Of a stretch of 64,000 bases of DNA, positions 9,640 to 19,730 are shown one piece after another. This DNA is from a virus. The position numbers were made by a program, and so were the translations under genes. Each line of letters starts with the position of its first letter. Position 1 is the first letter of the stretch. The notes under the pieces are model-generated. The model was not told the origin of the DNA and made no database searches. It saw nothing but the letters and a program-made list of their open reading frames with translations. The stretch is from the IMG/VR virus record IMGVR_UViG_3300046314_000658; one strand, given 5' to 3'.

Positions 9640-9917
9640 ATGATCAAACTACCAAAACCAATTTCAGAATTGTAGAAGAAACAGATGAGCGAGAAGGTTT
9701 TACCTATAAAACAGCACACTTTTCATGGGATTCTGCGTCTACAAGAACAAAACTGTTCACAGAAGCTCAACTAAAGCAATATGGGGATGACCGAGTACGG
9801 GAAGCGTTTGATATAGCGGAAGCAGTGTGCTTCGAAGCTGAAGAGTTAGAGGACTATGTATCAACCCGAAACATTATTGCAAGTGCTATCCGCACAATTG
9901 CAAAGGAAACAATATGA
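9640..9917 (+). pseudogene. frameshifted paralogue of 2403/6153
   Basis: MIKLPKP, then TAG at 9673; family motif LFTEAQLKQY..EA continues in the -1 frame to TGA 9917. Confidence 0.6.
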
Positions 9918-10213
9918 CCCACACATTAGATTCACTAATGGCGTTGCACCGCGCAGCAACGTCAGCCGCAGTTCAATACGCAGACTGCGCAAGAGTAAGC
10001 CTGCGAAGTGAGCGCACGATTCAAGCTGCTGACGATAGGGATGAAGCGAATTATGCACTACGCACAGCACTGACGGAAGCGCAGCGTGATGCACAGCGGT
10101 ATCGGTGGGTGCGTAGACCGGACAACACGTCATTAGATACGTGGCTACTAACTTTTTCTAACGAGGAACTTGACGCTGCAATCGACGCAGCTATGGGAGG
10201 CGCACATGAGTAA
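9914..10213 (+). CDS. hypothetical protein (paralogue of 2618)
   Basis: TLDSLM..QRDAQRYRW..LDAAIDAAMGGA. Confidence 0.8.
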   Translation: MTHTLDSLMALHRAATSAAVQYADCARVSLRSERTIQAADDRDEANYALRTALTEAQRDAQRYRWVRRPDNTSLDTWLLTFSNEELDAAIDAAMGGAHE

Positions 10214-10409
10214 GCAATCAAAATTCGCAACCCTTGCGGTAATCGCAGGGCTACCTGCTTTATTAATGGTGGCAAACCTCACCATGTTTGCTTTTGTTGG
10301 GTATGGCTTTTTGCCAGAAGGTAACGGCGACATGAATGCAGCGCGTGGTGTTATTACTTGGCTTTCAGCTTCGGTATCAGTATTTCTTACTATTGGGGCA
10401 GTTACATGA
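10206..10409 (+). CDS. small two-TM membrane protein (paralogue of 18455)
   Basis: MSKQS..AFxGYGFLPEG shared. Confidence 0.75.
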   Translation: MSKQSKFATLAVIAGLPALLMVANLTMFAFVGYGFLPEGNGDMNAARGVITWLSASVSVFLTIGAVT

Positions 10410-10651
10410 CTGAACCAAGGAAATCGACAATGGACCGCTATCGTCCAGGAGTTGCAAAGGAGCAAATTGCTCGCGAGGTTGTGCGCCAACGCTACCCACT
10501 TGCGACATCGAGCTACACGCCGGAAGGGGCAGAGGTGTACGACCCTGCAACTGATCAAAGTTTAGGACGTGAATCCGCTGGCGATTGGGTCGTCGAATTG
10601 GCCTGGCAGGCTGCGGCCCGCAATGTCATTCAAACATCATCTGCAAACTGA
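10406..10651 (+). CDS. hypothetical protein
   Basis: ATGA overlap. Confidence 0.65.
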   Translation: MTEPRKSTMDRYRPGVAKEQIAREVVRQRYPLATSSYTPEGAEVYDPATDQSLGRESAGDWVVELAWQAAARNVIQTSSAN

Positions 10652-10661
10652 AGGAAAACAA

Positions 10662-11156
10662 ATGAACCAATTACAAACAGTGCTTGATGCGCTGATATCT
10701 CTAGCCAACGCTCACTTTCCAGATGAACGATCAATTCTTACTGATGATGATGTAAAGGCAGCGAATGAAGCCATCGCCATCGTCCAGCAGATGATGCATG
10801 CAGAGCCTGTGGCGATGGAGCTGGAAATAAAAGAACTCGACAAATCTTTTCTAAAAATTACTCCGTTACCGTACTTTGTATCTGCTGCAAGAAACGAAAT
10901 TGGATTACTTGAGGGGCGATGGACTCGCTCTGGCGCATTTTCTGGAGTTTCAAAAGATTCAGTAGGCAGGCATGGAGGAAGTGCGCGCGAGAATGTCAAA
11001 TTCCTGTGTCTACTCGCAAATAGCTGGCCTAAAATTCGGAACGCACTTGCAGCACCGCAAGCAGTGCCAGCACACCTTGAAGAACAGCCAGATGGCTCAG
11101 TGGTTGATACGCGCAATGAGCCGCAAGCAGGGCCAGCAGAAACCCAAACACTCTAA
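10662..11156 (+). CDS. hypothetical protein
   Basis: AAGGA SD; N-terminus like 2929. Confidence 0.7.
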   Translation: MNQLQTVLDALISLANAHFPDERSILTDDDVKAANEAIAIVQQMMHAEPVAMELEIKELDKSFLKITPLPYFVSAARNEIGLLEGRWTRSGAFSGVSKDSVGRHGGSARENVKFLCLLANSWPKIRNALAAPQAVPAHLEEQPDGSVVDTRNEPQAGPAETQTL

Positions 11157-11266
11157 GAGTGCCGTGGTTGTGGTCATCTTTACAACGAAAAAGTATCAAG
11201 CTGCGACTGCATGGAAAACAAAGCAAACGAGTATAACGAATGGACAGCAGCACCAAATGATTAAAT

Positions 11267-11497
11267 ATGACAAAAATTTACCTTGTTTGTGAAAATGTTG
11301 ACTTGGGTTATCATGTAGTCAAAGCATTTAAAGAAGAATCTGCTGCTATCAACCATGCGAAGTACCTAGATGATCAGCATCGGAAGGATAAACTTGCAAA
11401 TATGCTAAAATATGGCTGGACTAAAGAAGCCGTAGAAAACCATATGAGATGGATGAAAGAAGAATTCTTTGTTGACGAAATTGATTTGACTGAATAA
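11267..11497 (+). CDS. hypothetical protein
   Basis: 76-aa ORF. Confidence 0.7.
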   Translation: MTKIYLVCENVDLGYHVVKAFKEESAAINHAKYLDDQHRKDKLANMLKYGWTKEAVENHMRWMKEEFFVDEIDLTE

Positions 11498-11679
11498 TAT
11501 GACAAATGAAATTGATTTTGCTAAAATTGAAGCTGAATATAAGCTACAATTACTGGCTTATGAGCGCAGGTTTCAGACTCAGAAAGCGATAGTAGATAGT
11601 CTACTTACTGATCTTGAAGCGGCTAACATTAAGATTCGAGAACTAAAGAATGAACCGTATCAATTGGAGGTTTAAAACG

Positions 11680-11910
11680 ATGGACGACAAAATTAAAGAA
11701 CTCGCTGCCGTAGCTAAGTTGTACAAGGCCAGTAGTTTACCAAGCAATTGGGATGATGGTGACTACATTGTTAGTCCAGAAGAACTAAAAAAGTTTGCTG
11801 AGTTAATTGTGAAAGAATGTTCCGGCATTGTTCAGAACTATATGAGCCACTGGCCCGAAGATCATGAATTGACTAAACGCATTAAAGAACACTTCGGAGT
11901 TAAAGAATGA
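11680..11910 (+). CDS. KFAELIVxEC-family small protein
   Basis: KKFAELIVKEC..IKEHFGVKE. Confidence 0.8.
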   Translation: MDDKIKELAAVAKLYKASSLPSNWDDGDYIVSPEELKKFAELIVKECSGIVQNYMSHWPEDHELTKRIKEHFGVKE

Positions 11911-12116
11911 ACAAACGAATTGATGAACTTATGGTTCAGGCGGGTGCAAGGTTCGAATTTCTACACGGAGTTCACTACGATAATTTCCAATATAAGAAGT
12001 TCGCCGAGTTGATTATTAAGGAATGTGCTACTATTGCTAATAAAGCAGAAAATGATGAATACTGGATAGCACCAGTTGGGGATTTGATTAACCAACACTT
12101 TAGGTTTAAAGAATGA
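11907..12116 (+). CDS. KFAELIVxEC-family small protein
   Basis: KKFAELIIKEC. Confidence 0.8.
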   Translation: MNKRIDELMVQAGARFEFLHGVHYDNFQYKKFAELIIKECATIANKAENDEYWIAPVGDLINQHFRFKE

Positions 12117-12352
12117 ATGATCGTATCTGGGAATTGTTTAAACAATCTGGGATTGATATTGGCGAAGATCAAGAAAGCAACATCGAAAAGTTCGCGAAGT
12201 TGATTGTGCAGGAATGTGACAGCATCATTCAAAAAGATGTTAGTCTAAGATATAAAAACGGTGGTGAAACCGAGGAATTTATGGGCGGGCACTACGCAGG
12301 TTCTTTGTTGGCTCGTGTTAAGATTAAAGAACACTTCGGAGTTAAAGAATGA
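12113..12352 (+). CDS. KFAELIVxEC-family small protein
   Basis: EKFAKLIVQEC..IKEHFGVKE. Confidence 0.8.
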   Translation: MNDRIWELFKQSGIDIGEDQESNIEKFAKLIVQECDSIIQKDVSLRYKNGGETEEFMGGHYAGSLLARVKIKEHFGVKE

Positions 12353-12663
12353 TTCGCTACTACATAGACCCAAACCAACAAACAAGCTACTGGTTGGACT
12401 TTGAGTTAACAAAGAAATATCCACTGATACCAAACCAACAAACAAGCTACTGGTTGGACTTTGAGTTAACAAAGAAATATCCACTGATAACAAAACAAAA
12501 AAGGGTATATCTTGAGATTCTAGACCGTAATAGCCTTTATACCAAGGTTAAGTTATACCTCGATGATGGAATGATTGTTAATTGCTTCTTACCTAGGGTC
12601 TGGTACAATCCTATACAGATTTCTAATTTTGATGACCTATTAGATGGTCGGTTTAACGATTAG
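12349..12663 (+). CDS. hypothetical protein with internal 20-aa duplication
   Basis: PNQQTSYWLDFELTKKYPLI x2. Confidence 0.65.
   Translation: MIRYYIDPNQQTSYWLDFELTKKYPLIPNQQTSYWLDFELTKKYPLITKQKRVYLEILDRNSLYTKVKLYLDDGMIVNCFLPRVWYNPIQISNFDDLLDGRFND
12370..12489. repeat. exact 60-bp tandem duplication
   Basis: 12370-12429 identical to 12430-12489. Confidence 0.95.
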
Positions 12664-12729
12664 ACGTGGTCTCGCCCAAACTCGCGTCTGATGCTCAGAC
12701 ATAACTAAACACAATGTGTGTAAATCATT

Positions 12730-13425
12730 ATGAAGATCCAATCCTCGTTTCGTGATTACTATGACCATCAAGCATACGTCTATGGTGGCGGTGATCCCAA
12801 AATTACATACAATCGAAATAGAATTGGTAAAGCGCATCGAACAAATACGGACCTAATTGTAAAGGGGCAGGACGTAACGCTCGAAGGGCTGCCAAGTCAC
12901 TCGTCAGACTTTGCGTACATCAAGCTACGCCACGATACAAAGTGGCTAGCAATATGCGGAAAGCTGTACCTAATCGTATCATACATCGGTGAACCTGTAG
13001 ATTGGTATACACCAGGTGAAGGAACGTGGTCAATGATTAGTCGACAAAGGCACCCTCTCGTATGGGAGCACTTCCACACTTCGCGCCAGCAATTTTGGCG
13101 CGCGCGAAGGCCTGTGAAGCTTGATGGTAATGACGAATACTTAGAAAAAGTAGTTCAGTTGTCTCGTATTGTCAATTCACCTGTGTTCACATTTACTGTC
13201 TCCAGAGCGGATGTAGTCCACGTAGATGGGAACATTCCTATTCTTGGTAATATGGGAGTCCCAGCACTACTCTCGGCAGAGCAACTGTACCAGGATATTT
13301 CATACTTCATTGGAAATACTATGAAAGATACTCCAGACGGGATGACTGTCTCCCCCATGTCGAATACTGAAAAGATCAGTGCAGCAGGGTTCGACTTGAT
13401 CAAATCGTTCCGGCACCGAAAATAG
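12730..13425 (+). CDS. conserved phage protein
   Basis: MKIxSxFRDYYD..KIxxxGFDxxxSFRHRK termini. Confidence 0.8.
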   Translation: MKIQSSFRDYYDHQAYVYGGGDPKITYNRNRIGKAHRTNTDLIVKGQDVTLEGLPSHSSDFAYIKLRHDTKWLAICGKLYLIVSYIGEPVDWYTPGEGTWSMISRQRHPLVWEHFHTSRQQFWRARRPVKLDGNDEYLEKVVQLSRIVNSPVFTFTVSRADVVHVDGNIPILGNMGVPALLSAEQLYQDISYFIGNTMKDTPDGMTVSPMSNTEKISAAGFDLIKSFRHRK

Positions 13426-13433
13426 ATCAGCTG

Positions 13434-13461
13434 TTGACCTTTTGATTAAATGGGCTATAAT
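13434..13461 (+). promoter_or_regulatory. sigma70-type early promoter
   Basis: TTGACC-16-TATAAT. Confidence 0.8.
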
Positions 13462-14097
13462 AGACCCTAATGCAAACAAAGGACTAATATGTTAGTGCAA
13501 GACCGCAAGACTGGACGTTGGTACGATCCAAAAGAAAAGATGGAAGAACTGATGCGCGCTCCCTGGTTCATCGAGCAGATGAAGCGGATGAAAGACGAAT
13601 CTTTCAGCAAAGGTTACGCAGAAGGTCTTGACGATGGTCGCCAAGAAGCTAATAACGGACAAGGAGTTTAAATGCGAATCGCAAAGATGGAAGACGGAAC
13701 AATCGTTGAGATCACTCGCACTGCCCACCGTGTTGCATTCAGTGATGCGACTGGGTGGATCTGCATTGATCCAGATTACACGAAGCACCCGCAGCACCAC
13801 CACAACGTAAGGTGGGTACCAACTTCGACTAAGTTTGAATGGGTACGGGAATACATCGGGTGAAATTTCTACGAGAGACAACAAACTGGGGATCGGATAA
13901 GATCCAAAACCATCTGTACGTGATGGATGATTCAAAAACACGGATGATAGCGTTCAGACAACACGGCGCGCCTGAATTCAAAATATTTAAGTCACCCATT
14001 CAGATTAGTCGTTCTGGGCGCACATTCACAGAAGTGAAGAATACGTTCGGATTTGATAGTAGTCGCAACACAATAGATTAACCGATACAACACACGA

Positions 14098-15102
14098 ATG
14101 AATAAATTAGGATTTGCTTGCAAGTGGATTGATAACCCGACACAGGTCAACGGTATCAATCCAGATGATGCCTGTCGGAAGTACAACACAGGCACGACAA
14201 CTGTTGCCTGGCTCAAACGACAGACTCGTGCTGTAGCAGAAGAACGACTATGGGACCTGATGCGAGCTAATATCGAATCGATCAGGATGTTGGTGGAGCG
14301 GGTTGCGCAGCTTGATCAACGGTTCCACATGGTCAGACTCGGAAGCGACATCCTTCCTGTATACACTCAAGAAGACTACAAATATTTCTGGCAGCTTCCA
14401 GATGTAGTTCTATATGCAGAACGAGCATTTGGGAGGGTAGGTGAGATTGCTCGCGCAAGCAATGTACGACTAAGCTTCCACCCAGGACAGTTCACTGTGC
14501 TTGCTAGTGAGAATCCAGGTATTGTCGAACGTAGTATTGCTGAATTTGAGTATCATGCGGACATGGCTCGCATGATGGGGTACGGGAAGACATTTCAAGA
14601 CTTTAAAATCAATGTGCACATTAGTGGGAAGCGAGGTCCAGAGGGGATCCGTGATGCATACCAACAATTGAGTCAGGAAGCTCGTAACTGTATTACAATC
14701 GAGAATGAAGAGAACTCGTGGGGATTAGACGACGCAATGTCGCTGCAAGATTTGCTTCCAATCGTCCTAGATATTCATCACAATTGGATTCGTGAAGGTG
14801 AATACATTCAAGCAACAGATCCAAGGATTGAAGTGATCCAAAATAGTTGGCGTGGTATCCGACCAGTAGTGCACTACAGTATAAGTCGAGAGGATGTCTT
14901 GGTAGGACACTCACCTACAGTTCTTCCGGATCGAACTGCGCTGCTTGCAGCAGGGTATAAGAAACAACACATGCGCGCCCACTCGGACTTTTATTGGAAT
15001 ACTGCAGTTAATACGTGGGCACTGACGCACAATGCGTGGGCAGACGTTATGTGTGAAGCAAAAGGAAAGAACCTCGCAAGTACAGCACTGGGGTTGCAGT
15101 AA
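14098..15102 (+). CDS. uvsE: UV-damage endonuclease UvsE/UvdE
   Basis: GFACK, RLGSD, RLSFHPGQFTVLAS, IENEE, LDIHH, HYS, AHSD, MCEAKxKN. Confidence 0.9.
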   Translation: MNKLGFACKWIDNPTQVNGINPDDACRKYNTGTTTVAWLKRQTRAVAEERLWDLMRANIESIRMLVERVAQLDQRFHMVRLGSDILPVYTQEDYKYFWQLPDVVLYAERAFGRVGEIARASNVRLSFHPGQFTVLASENPGIVERSIAEFEYHADMARMMGYGKTFQDFKINVHISGKRGPEGIRDAYQQLSQEARNCITIENEENSWGLDDAMSLQDLLPIVLDIHHNWIREGEYIQATDPRIEVIQNSWRGIRPVVHYSISREDVLVGHSPTVLPDRTALLAAGYKKQHMRAHSDFYWNTAVNTWALTHNAWADVMCEAKGKNLASTALGLQ

Positions 15103-15805
15103 ATTCAACTTAAACTAGAAAGTATGTAACATGACAGCAATAGAATATCTAAAATCTTTGATTGCGGGACAAGAGATCGGTAGTTCCATCCCCGTACATC
15201 TATTAGAGTTGCGCATGCTCCTGGCAATGTTGGAAGCAGCAAAGTGAAACCATGTACTCACGCAGAGTGGGTGTACCCTCCACCACGCCAGGATGAGTTT
15301 TCTGGCGAGTGGATAAGCACGATGGAGCAGGCACACGAGCGAAACACTTACGAAGACATCGACATCGGCCGCTTCCGTTGCACCCAGTGTAATGAAGTTG
15401 GCTACTATACTGGGCACTGGCGGGAGTTTTTCGAAAAAGGGACTCCGTGCTTTGGTTCTGACAGAGTGCAATATTGGAAAGATCAAAAAGTGAAAACTCA
15501 ACCACCACCAACCGTTGTCGATACTGAAACAAGTGCTGTGCAAGTACTGCTGACAACTCTACATGCGACCGTTGACACCCTTTGCAAGAGCAACACTAGT
15601 GGGGTATATAGCATGACTACAACGTCAACGCAGCCCAAGGTATACCGCGTACACAAAATGTCCGTCATCCCTCGCATTGTGGAGTCTGCAACGATAAGCG
15701 CTACGATTCAAACGGTCGTGGACAATCTGAATAACACGGATGAGTACCGCGATGCATTCGAGTGGGACGCTTCCTCGCTGTGGCTAACGATTACAAAATA
15801 AAGTG

Positions 15806-15834
15806 TTGACCTTTCATTTAAATGGGTATATAAT
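15806..15834 (+). promoter_or_regulatory. sigma70-type early promoter
   Basis: TTGACC-17-TATAAT. Confidence 0.85.
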
Positions 15835-15865
15835 AAACCCAAGTTAAATGAAACAGGGTAATAAA

Positions 15866-16114
15866 ATGGTTGCACAGATTCAGGTTGGTGATGTGATCAA
15901 GTCTCTCGACTTTCCCGGTACCGACACCTGCTATATGATTGGTAAAGTCGTCGCGATTTTTGACAATGGTCAAGTTCTCAACTGCAAAGCCATTGTAAAA
16001 GTTTGGGAAGGTAAAGCAGAAATTGTGACCAACGCACATGATTTTGCAGTACCTATCGAAGGACTCCAATTTATGGACGAACGCTTCCCAGGTCGTATTA
16101 CACTGGTTGCATAG
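15866..16114 (+). CDS. conserved small phage protein
   Basis: VGDVIKSLDF..CYMIGKV. Confidence 0.75.
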   Translation: MVAQIQVGDVIKSLDFPGTDTCYMIGKVVAIFDNGQVLNCKAIVKVWEGKAEIVTNAHDFAVPIEGLQFMDERFPGRITLVA

Positions 16115-16665
16115 CATGAACACTTACAAAATTTACATCGAAGACACTGACGGTTCTGAGCGACTGGGTTGCATTATTACAACAAGCACAAAGTTTGTAG
16201 CGCGGAAGTTAGCTGTAGCCCAACTCGGAAAAAAGATCAAGATCACCAGCATCGAAAAACAAGTTACGGAAAGCACGAAATGAAGGTACTACCCAATCTG
16301 ACAATCACTCGACAAAATCAGTTTAAGGTTCGTGTTGTGTACAAAAGTGGTTACTTCCACGATTTCTGGTGCTCTTCATTCTCAATCAATGGTGATCAGT
16401 ACGTTTGGAATGCTGTTGACGACAACAATCGCCCTGTATACATTGGTGTAGATGATATTGCAGCAGTGTACCAAGTCAGCACTCGACGCGCATTTAAGGT
16501 AACTTGGGGGTGACGTGACGACAAACGTAAGACTGACGTGTGCTCGCACTACACTGCACTCCACTTTCTCAACCAAGTAATTGTGGCTATGGAATCTGGA
16601 GAAGATTGAGTGATACGAGGTTGATAAAAAGTAATCTTTCCAACATCCCAACTAAAGGAAACACC

Positions 16666-17127
16666 ATGTCACTAAATTATTGGATTACACACGAAGTACG
16701 GACACCAGACGGAACTGTGCTTCGTTGTTATAGTGGACACGACTATAAAGTGCACACTGACAAAAACGGCGAACACTATATGATCGACGGCCTTGGTTAT
16801 TCCGTTAGGAGTAGTTTAAACAATGTCGAGGCTACAGACCTTAGCATTACTTCTAATTCTCCATTCCTACAGAAGCGTGAAGCAACTTTCTGGGGAACTT
16901 ACGGAATCAATCAAGATTTTGCAGAACCAGCATATATTTCTCCCAGTCAGATGACGAGTGACCATATTCGGGCCACCATCAAGACGCAGAGACTTGCCGA
17001 TCCAATTAAAAAACTATTTGAGGAAGAACTGCAATATCGTTCAGATCTATCCATAATGGGCGATTGGGTCGAGCCGGCGGGATTGGACGAAAGTCTAATT
17101 AAGAAAAGGTTTGCAACTAAATCTTAA
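16666..17127 (+). CDS. conserved phage protein
   Basis: HDY..YMIDG.GY..WGTYG..MTxDHI; AAGGA SD. Confidence 0.75.
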   Translation: MSLNYWITHEVRTPDGTVLRCYSGHDYKVHTDKNGEHYMIDGLGYSVRSSLNNVEATDLSITSNSPFLQKREATFWGTYGINQDFAEPAYISPSQMTSDHIRATIKTQRLADPIKKLFEEELQYRSDLSIMGDWVEPAGLDESLIKKRFATKS

Positions 17128-17171
17128 TGTAGTAATGTTTACTGATAGTAAATGGTACCAGAAGGATAACT

Positions 17172-17762
17172 ATGCAAGAATCCCTAGATCGAAAACTTTG
17201 TGAAAAGTATCCAAAAATCTTCCGCGACCGCCACGCCTCGATGCAACAAACAGCGATGTGTTGGGGAGTGGCCGTGGGGGATGGTTGGTATAATATTATT
17301 GATTCAGTCTGTGGCCTAATACAACACCACATCAACCACACTCGCAACGCACGAGCAGATACAATCAAGTTTAATCGTGCACTTAAACGAGCGCGCTCTG
17401 GTGACAAGAATGGATTAATGCACTACTACACTTATGAAGGTGCATCACCAGATTGGGTTCACGAAAGAGTTGATGAGCAGATTGCAACCGCGACACTTCG
17501 TGAGGTGCCAGATCGATGCCCTCAAGTAGTTGCAGTTCAAGTAAAGGAAAAGCTTGGTGGGTTACGTTTTTACTATGATGGTGGCGATAACACTATTGAT
17601 GGGATGATTCAGATGGCTGAAGCTATGTCATACGTAACTTGCGAAGAATGTGGCTCTCCAGGTAAAAGTTCAAGAGGCGGATGGATTCGAGTGCTGTGTG
17701 ACACCCACCGAGCAAAGTTTGAAGAAGACAGACGAGCACAGTTCGAAGTTGAACCCAAATAA
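17172..17762 (+). CDS. conserved phage protein with C-terminal Zn ribbon
   Basis: GDGW..QVKEKxGGLRFY..CEECGxPG..GW..LCxxH. Confidence 0.8.
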   Translation: MQESLDRKLCEKYPKIFRDRHASMQQTAMCWGVAVGDGWYNIIDSVCGLIQHHINHTRNARADTIKFNRALKRARSGDKNGLMHYYTYEGASPDWVHERVDEQIATATLREVPDRCPQVVAVQVKEKLGGLRFYYDGGDNTIDGMIQMAEAMSYVTCEECGSPGKSSRGGWIRVLCDTHRAKFEEDRRAQFEVEPK

Positions 17763-17990
17763 ACAAGCACCAATATGAATACACTAATTTTTGTAATGAT
17801 GGCATACACACATGCTAATAACTTTGTACCCTCGCTAGTATTCACATCTCGAGATCAATGTGAAGCGGCAGCGCAAGTTATATACAAGCAAAGCAAGCAA
17901 AGGCTTGGATACACTGCCAGCCCATGGTGCGTTGAGTTACCCCGTGATGGTATGGTACTTCCCAAATAATTATACGAATCGTAAAAATAT

Positions 17991-18296
17991 ATGAAATTTC
18001 GTAAGAAACCCGTAGTAATTGATGCGATCCAGTGGGATGGCCGAAACACTTTTCAAGTGCTAGAATTTATGGGCAAGAAACCAGACCTATCTACTAGCAT
18101 TGCACAGGATAAGTTTTATCTATTTGAAATAGATGCAGCATCTAAAGGACTTGATGTGACAACACTAGAAGATGGTGCTGACCTGAGAGCGAAGCACGTT
18201 GCCTCTGTTGGCGACTATATCATCAAGGGGGTGTTTGGTGAATTTTACCCATGCAAACCCGCTATCTTCTTATTGACATATGAGGAAGTAAAATGA
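17991..18296 (+). CDS. widespread phage protein (RKKPV..GEFYPCKP family)
   Basis: MKFRKKPVVIDAIQW..GDYIIKGVxGEFYPCKP..F..TYE. Confidence 0.85.
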   Translation: MKFRKKPVVIDAIQWDGRNTFQVLEFMGKKPDLSTSIAQDKFYLFEIDAASKGLDVTTLEDGADLRAKHVASVGDYIIKGVFGEFYPCKPAIFLLTYEEVK

Positions 18297-18395
18297 TCAA
18301 TGACGTGCTGTTCTTTTGCACATTCGTGTATGTGCTTGGAGTTGTTGCGGCGCTCATTGCATACAAGGGAATGAGTTAAGTTGATCACTTAACAG

Positions 18396-18424
18396 TTGAC
18401 ACTACCTGTATTTGGGGGTACAAT
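18396..18424 (+). promoter_or_regulatory. sigma70-type early promoter
   Basis: TTGACA-17-TACAAT. Confidence 0.8.
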
Positions 18425-18454
18425 ATGTACATAAACAACGACAGGTAACATCAA

Positions 18455-18676
18455 ATGTCTAAACAATCAATTTTCATAACACTCGTAATTGTTGCAATGA
18501 TTCCTTTTGCACTAGCACTGACGAACTTTGCTGTAGTTGCTTTTCTGGGATACGGATTTTTGCCAGAGGGTAGTACAACCACGAATGCAGTGTGTGGTTT
18601 CGTATGTTGGTTATCGTTTGCAATAACAACTTGGGTTGTATATAAAACAATCGAAAGTTTGACGGAGAGTTACTAA
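18455..18676 (+). CDS. small two-TM membrane protein (paralogue of 10206)
   Basis: Two hydrophobic segments around GYGFLPEG. Confidence 0.75.
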   Translation: MSKQSIFITLVIVAMIPFALALTNFAVVAFLGYGFLPEGSTTTNAVCGFVCWLSFAITTWVVYKTIESLTESY

Positions 18677-18758
18677 AGCAGGTGGGTTCACCTCAGTCTC
18701 TGCTAAATTAAAGTTTGCAACAGCAATACGCTCCTACACACAATTGAAGGATTAACAC

Positions 18759-19073
18759 ATGGCACGCCAAGTAGATCGCTCTCGCAAAATGCGCAACACT
18801 CCAATGGAGAATGCGGAGTTTGAAGGATATACATTGCAGCAAGTTGCGGACCGCATCGCTGCGTTGATTGCAACTTACGGACCAACTGCAACGATTGAAG
18901 AACACACATATCCATATGATGATGAAAAGTATAAGTATGTGTTTAAAAACATTCCTGAAACTGACGAGCAGATGAACGAGCGGATCGCCAATGAAGAACG
19001 ATGGTTTGCCGGAGATGAAGAACGTGAACGCCGCGAGTTTGAACGCTTGCAAGCAAAGTTTGGAGCAAAATAA
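18759..19073 (+). CDS. hypothetical phage protein
   Basis: ETDE..R..ERLxAKF pattern; AAGGA SD. Confidence 0.75.
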   Translation: MARQVDRSRKMRNTPMENAEFEGYTLQQVADRIAALIATYGPTATIEEHTYPYDDEKYKYVFKNIPETDEQMNERIANEERWFAGDEERERREFERLQAKFGAK

Positions 19074-19109
19074 CCGGGCTGCAGTGTAATGGGAGATTGG
19101 GTTAAAGCG

Positions 19110-19137
19110 TTGACCTTTTGTGAAAATGTAGGATAAT
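19110..19137 (+). promoter_or_regulatory. sigma70-type early promoter
   Basis: TTGACC-16-GATAAT. Confidence 0.7.
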
Positions 19138-19361
19138 AGACCTAACGCAAATGCATAAGGATCTAGCAGCATGAACTTACCGACACACAGCCAAATCAAA
19201 CGAATTGATCAAGCTATCGTGGAGACTAACCGCTTGATTGCAAACGAGGAGCGGTACAGCAAAGATTTGCAAAAAGCAGACTATCTGCAAAAATTGTACG
19301 ACCACAAAGCATACCTGATCACAATGAAGGAAACTGGTAAAGGTTTACCTGTGAGTGTCGC

Positions 19362-19730
19362 ATGAAAACAAATGAGTTAATGTTCTGTATCGCATCGGAC
19401 GCATACGAGGCTGGCCACACAGAAGATGGCCGGTCATACACAGCCGAGATGTATTACATTATCGCAGAAGACCGAGATGGAAATCGCTGGAGGCACGACG
19501 TTAATTTTCGTGGCTGTCGTGTTAGTCGTGACTGTGAGGGGATCGACAGATTTGAGGACACTAGAGCTGTAGCAAGTACTCGTGCTACAATTCTCCTGTG
19601 TAAGATTAACGAGAGTGTTACTGATTTGAACATGTCTCACTGGCAGGAAGTACGACCAGCATACGGTTCGGTAGCGTACCAACATTATGGTGCACACGAA
19701 GACTGGATGCAAGAACAAAGCGAAGGATAA
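19362..19730 (+). CDS. hypothetical phage protein
   Basis: 122 aa, W..PAYGSxAY motif. Confidence 0.75.
   Translation: MKTNELMFCIASDAYEAGHTEDGRSYTAEMYYIIAEDRDGNRWRHDVNFRGCRVSRDCEGIDRFEDTRAVASTRATILLCKINESVTDLNMSHWQEVRPAYGSVAYQHYGAHEDWMQEQSEG

Noticed and set aside
12370-12489. CRISPR array or DGR template/variable repeat
   Set aside because: Two abutting identical copies, with no spacers, no adenine-specific mismatches and no cas or reverse transcriptase in the window
19074-19108. tRNA-like fragment (GCAGTGTAATGGGA)
   Set aside because: No anticodon arm, T arm or acceptor pairing
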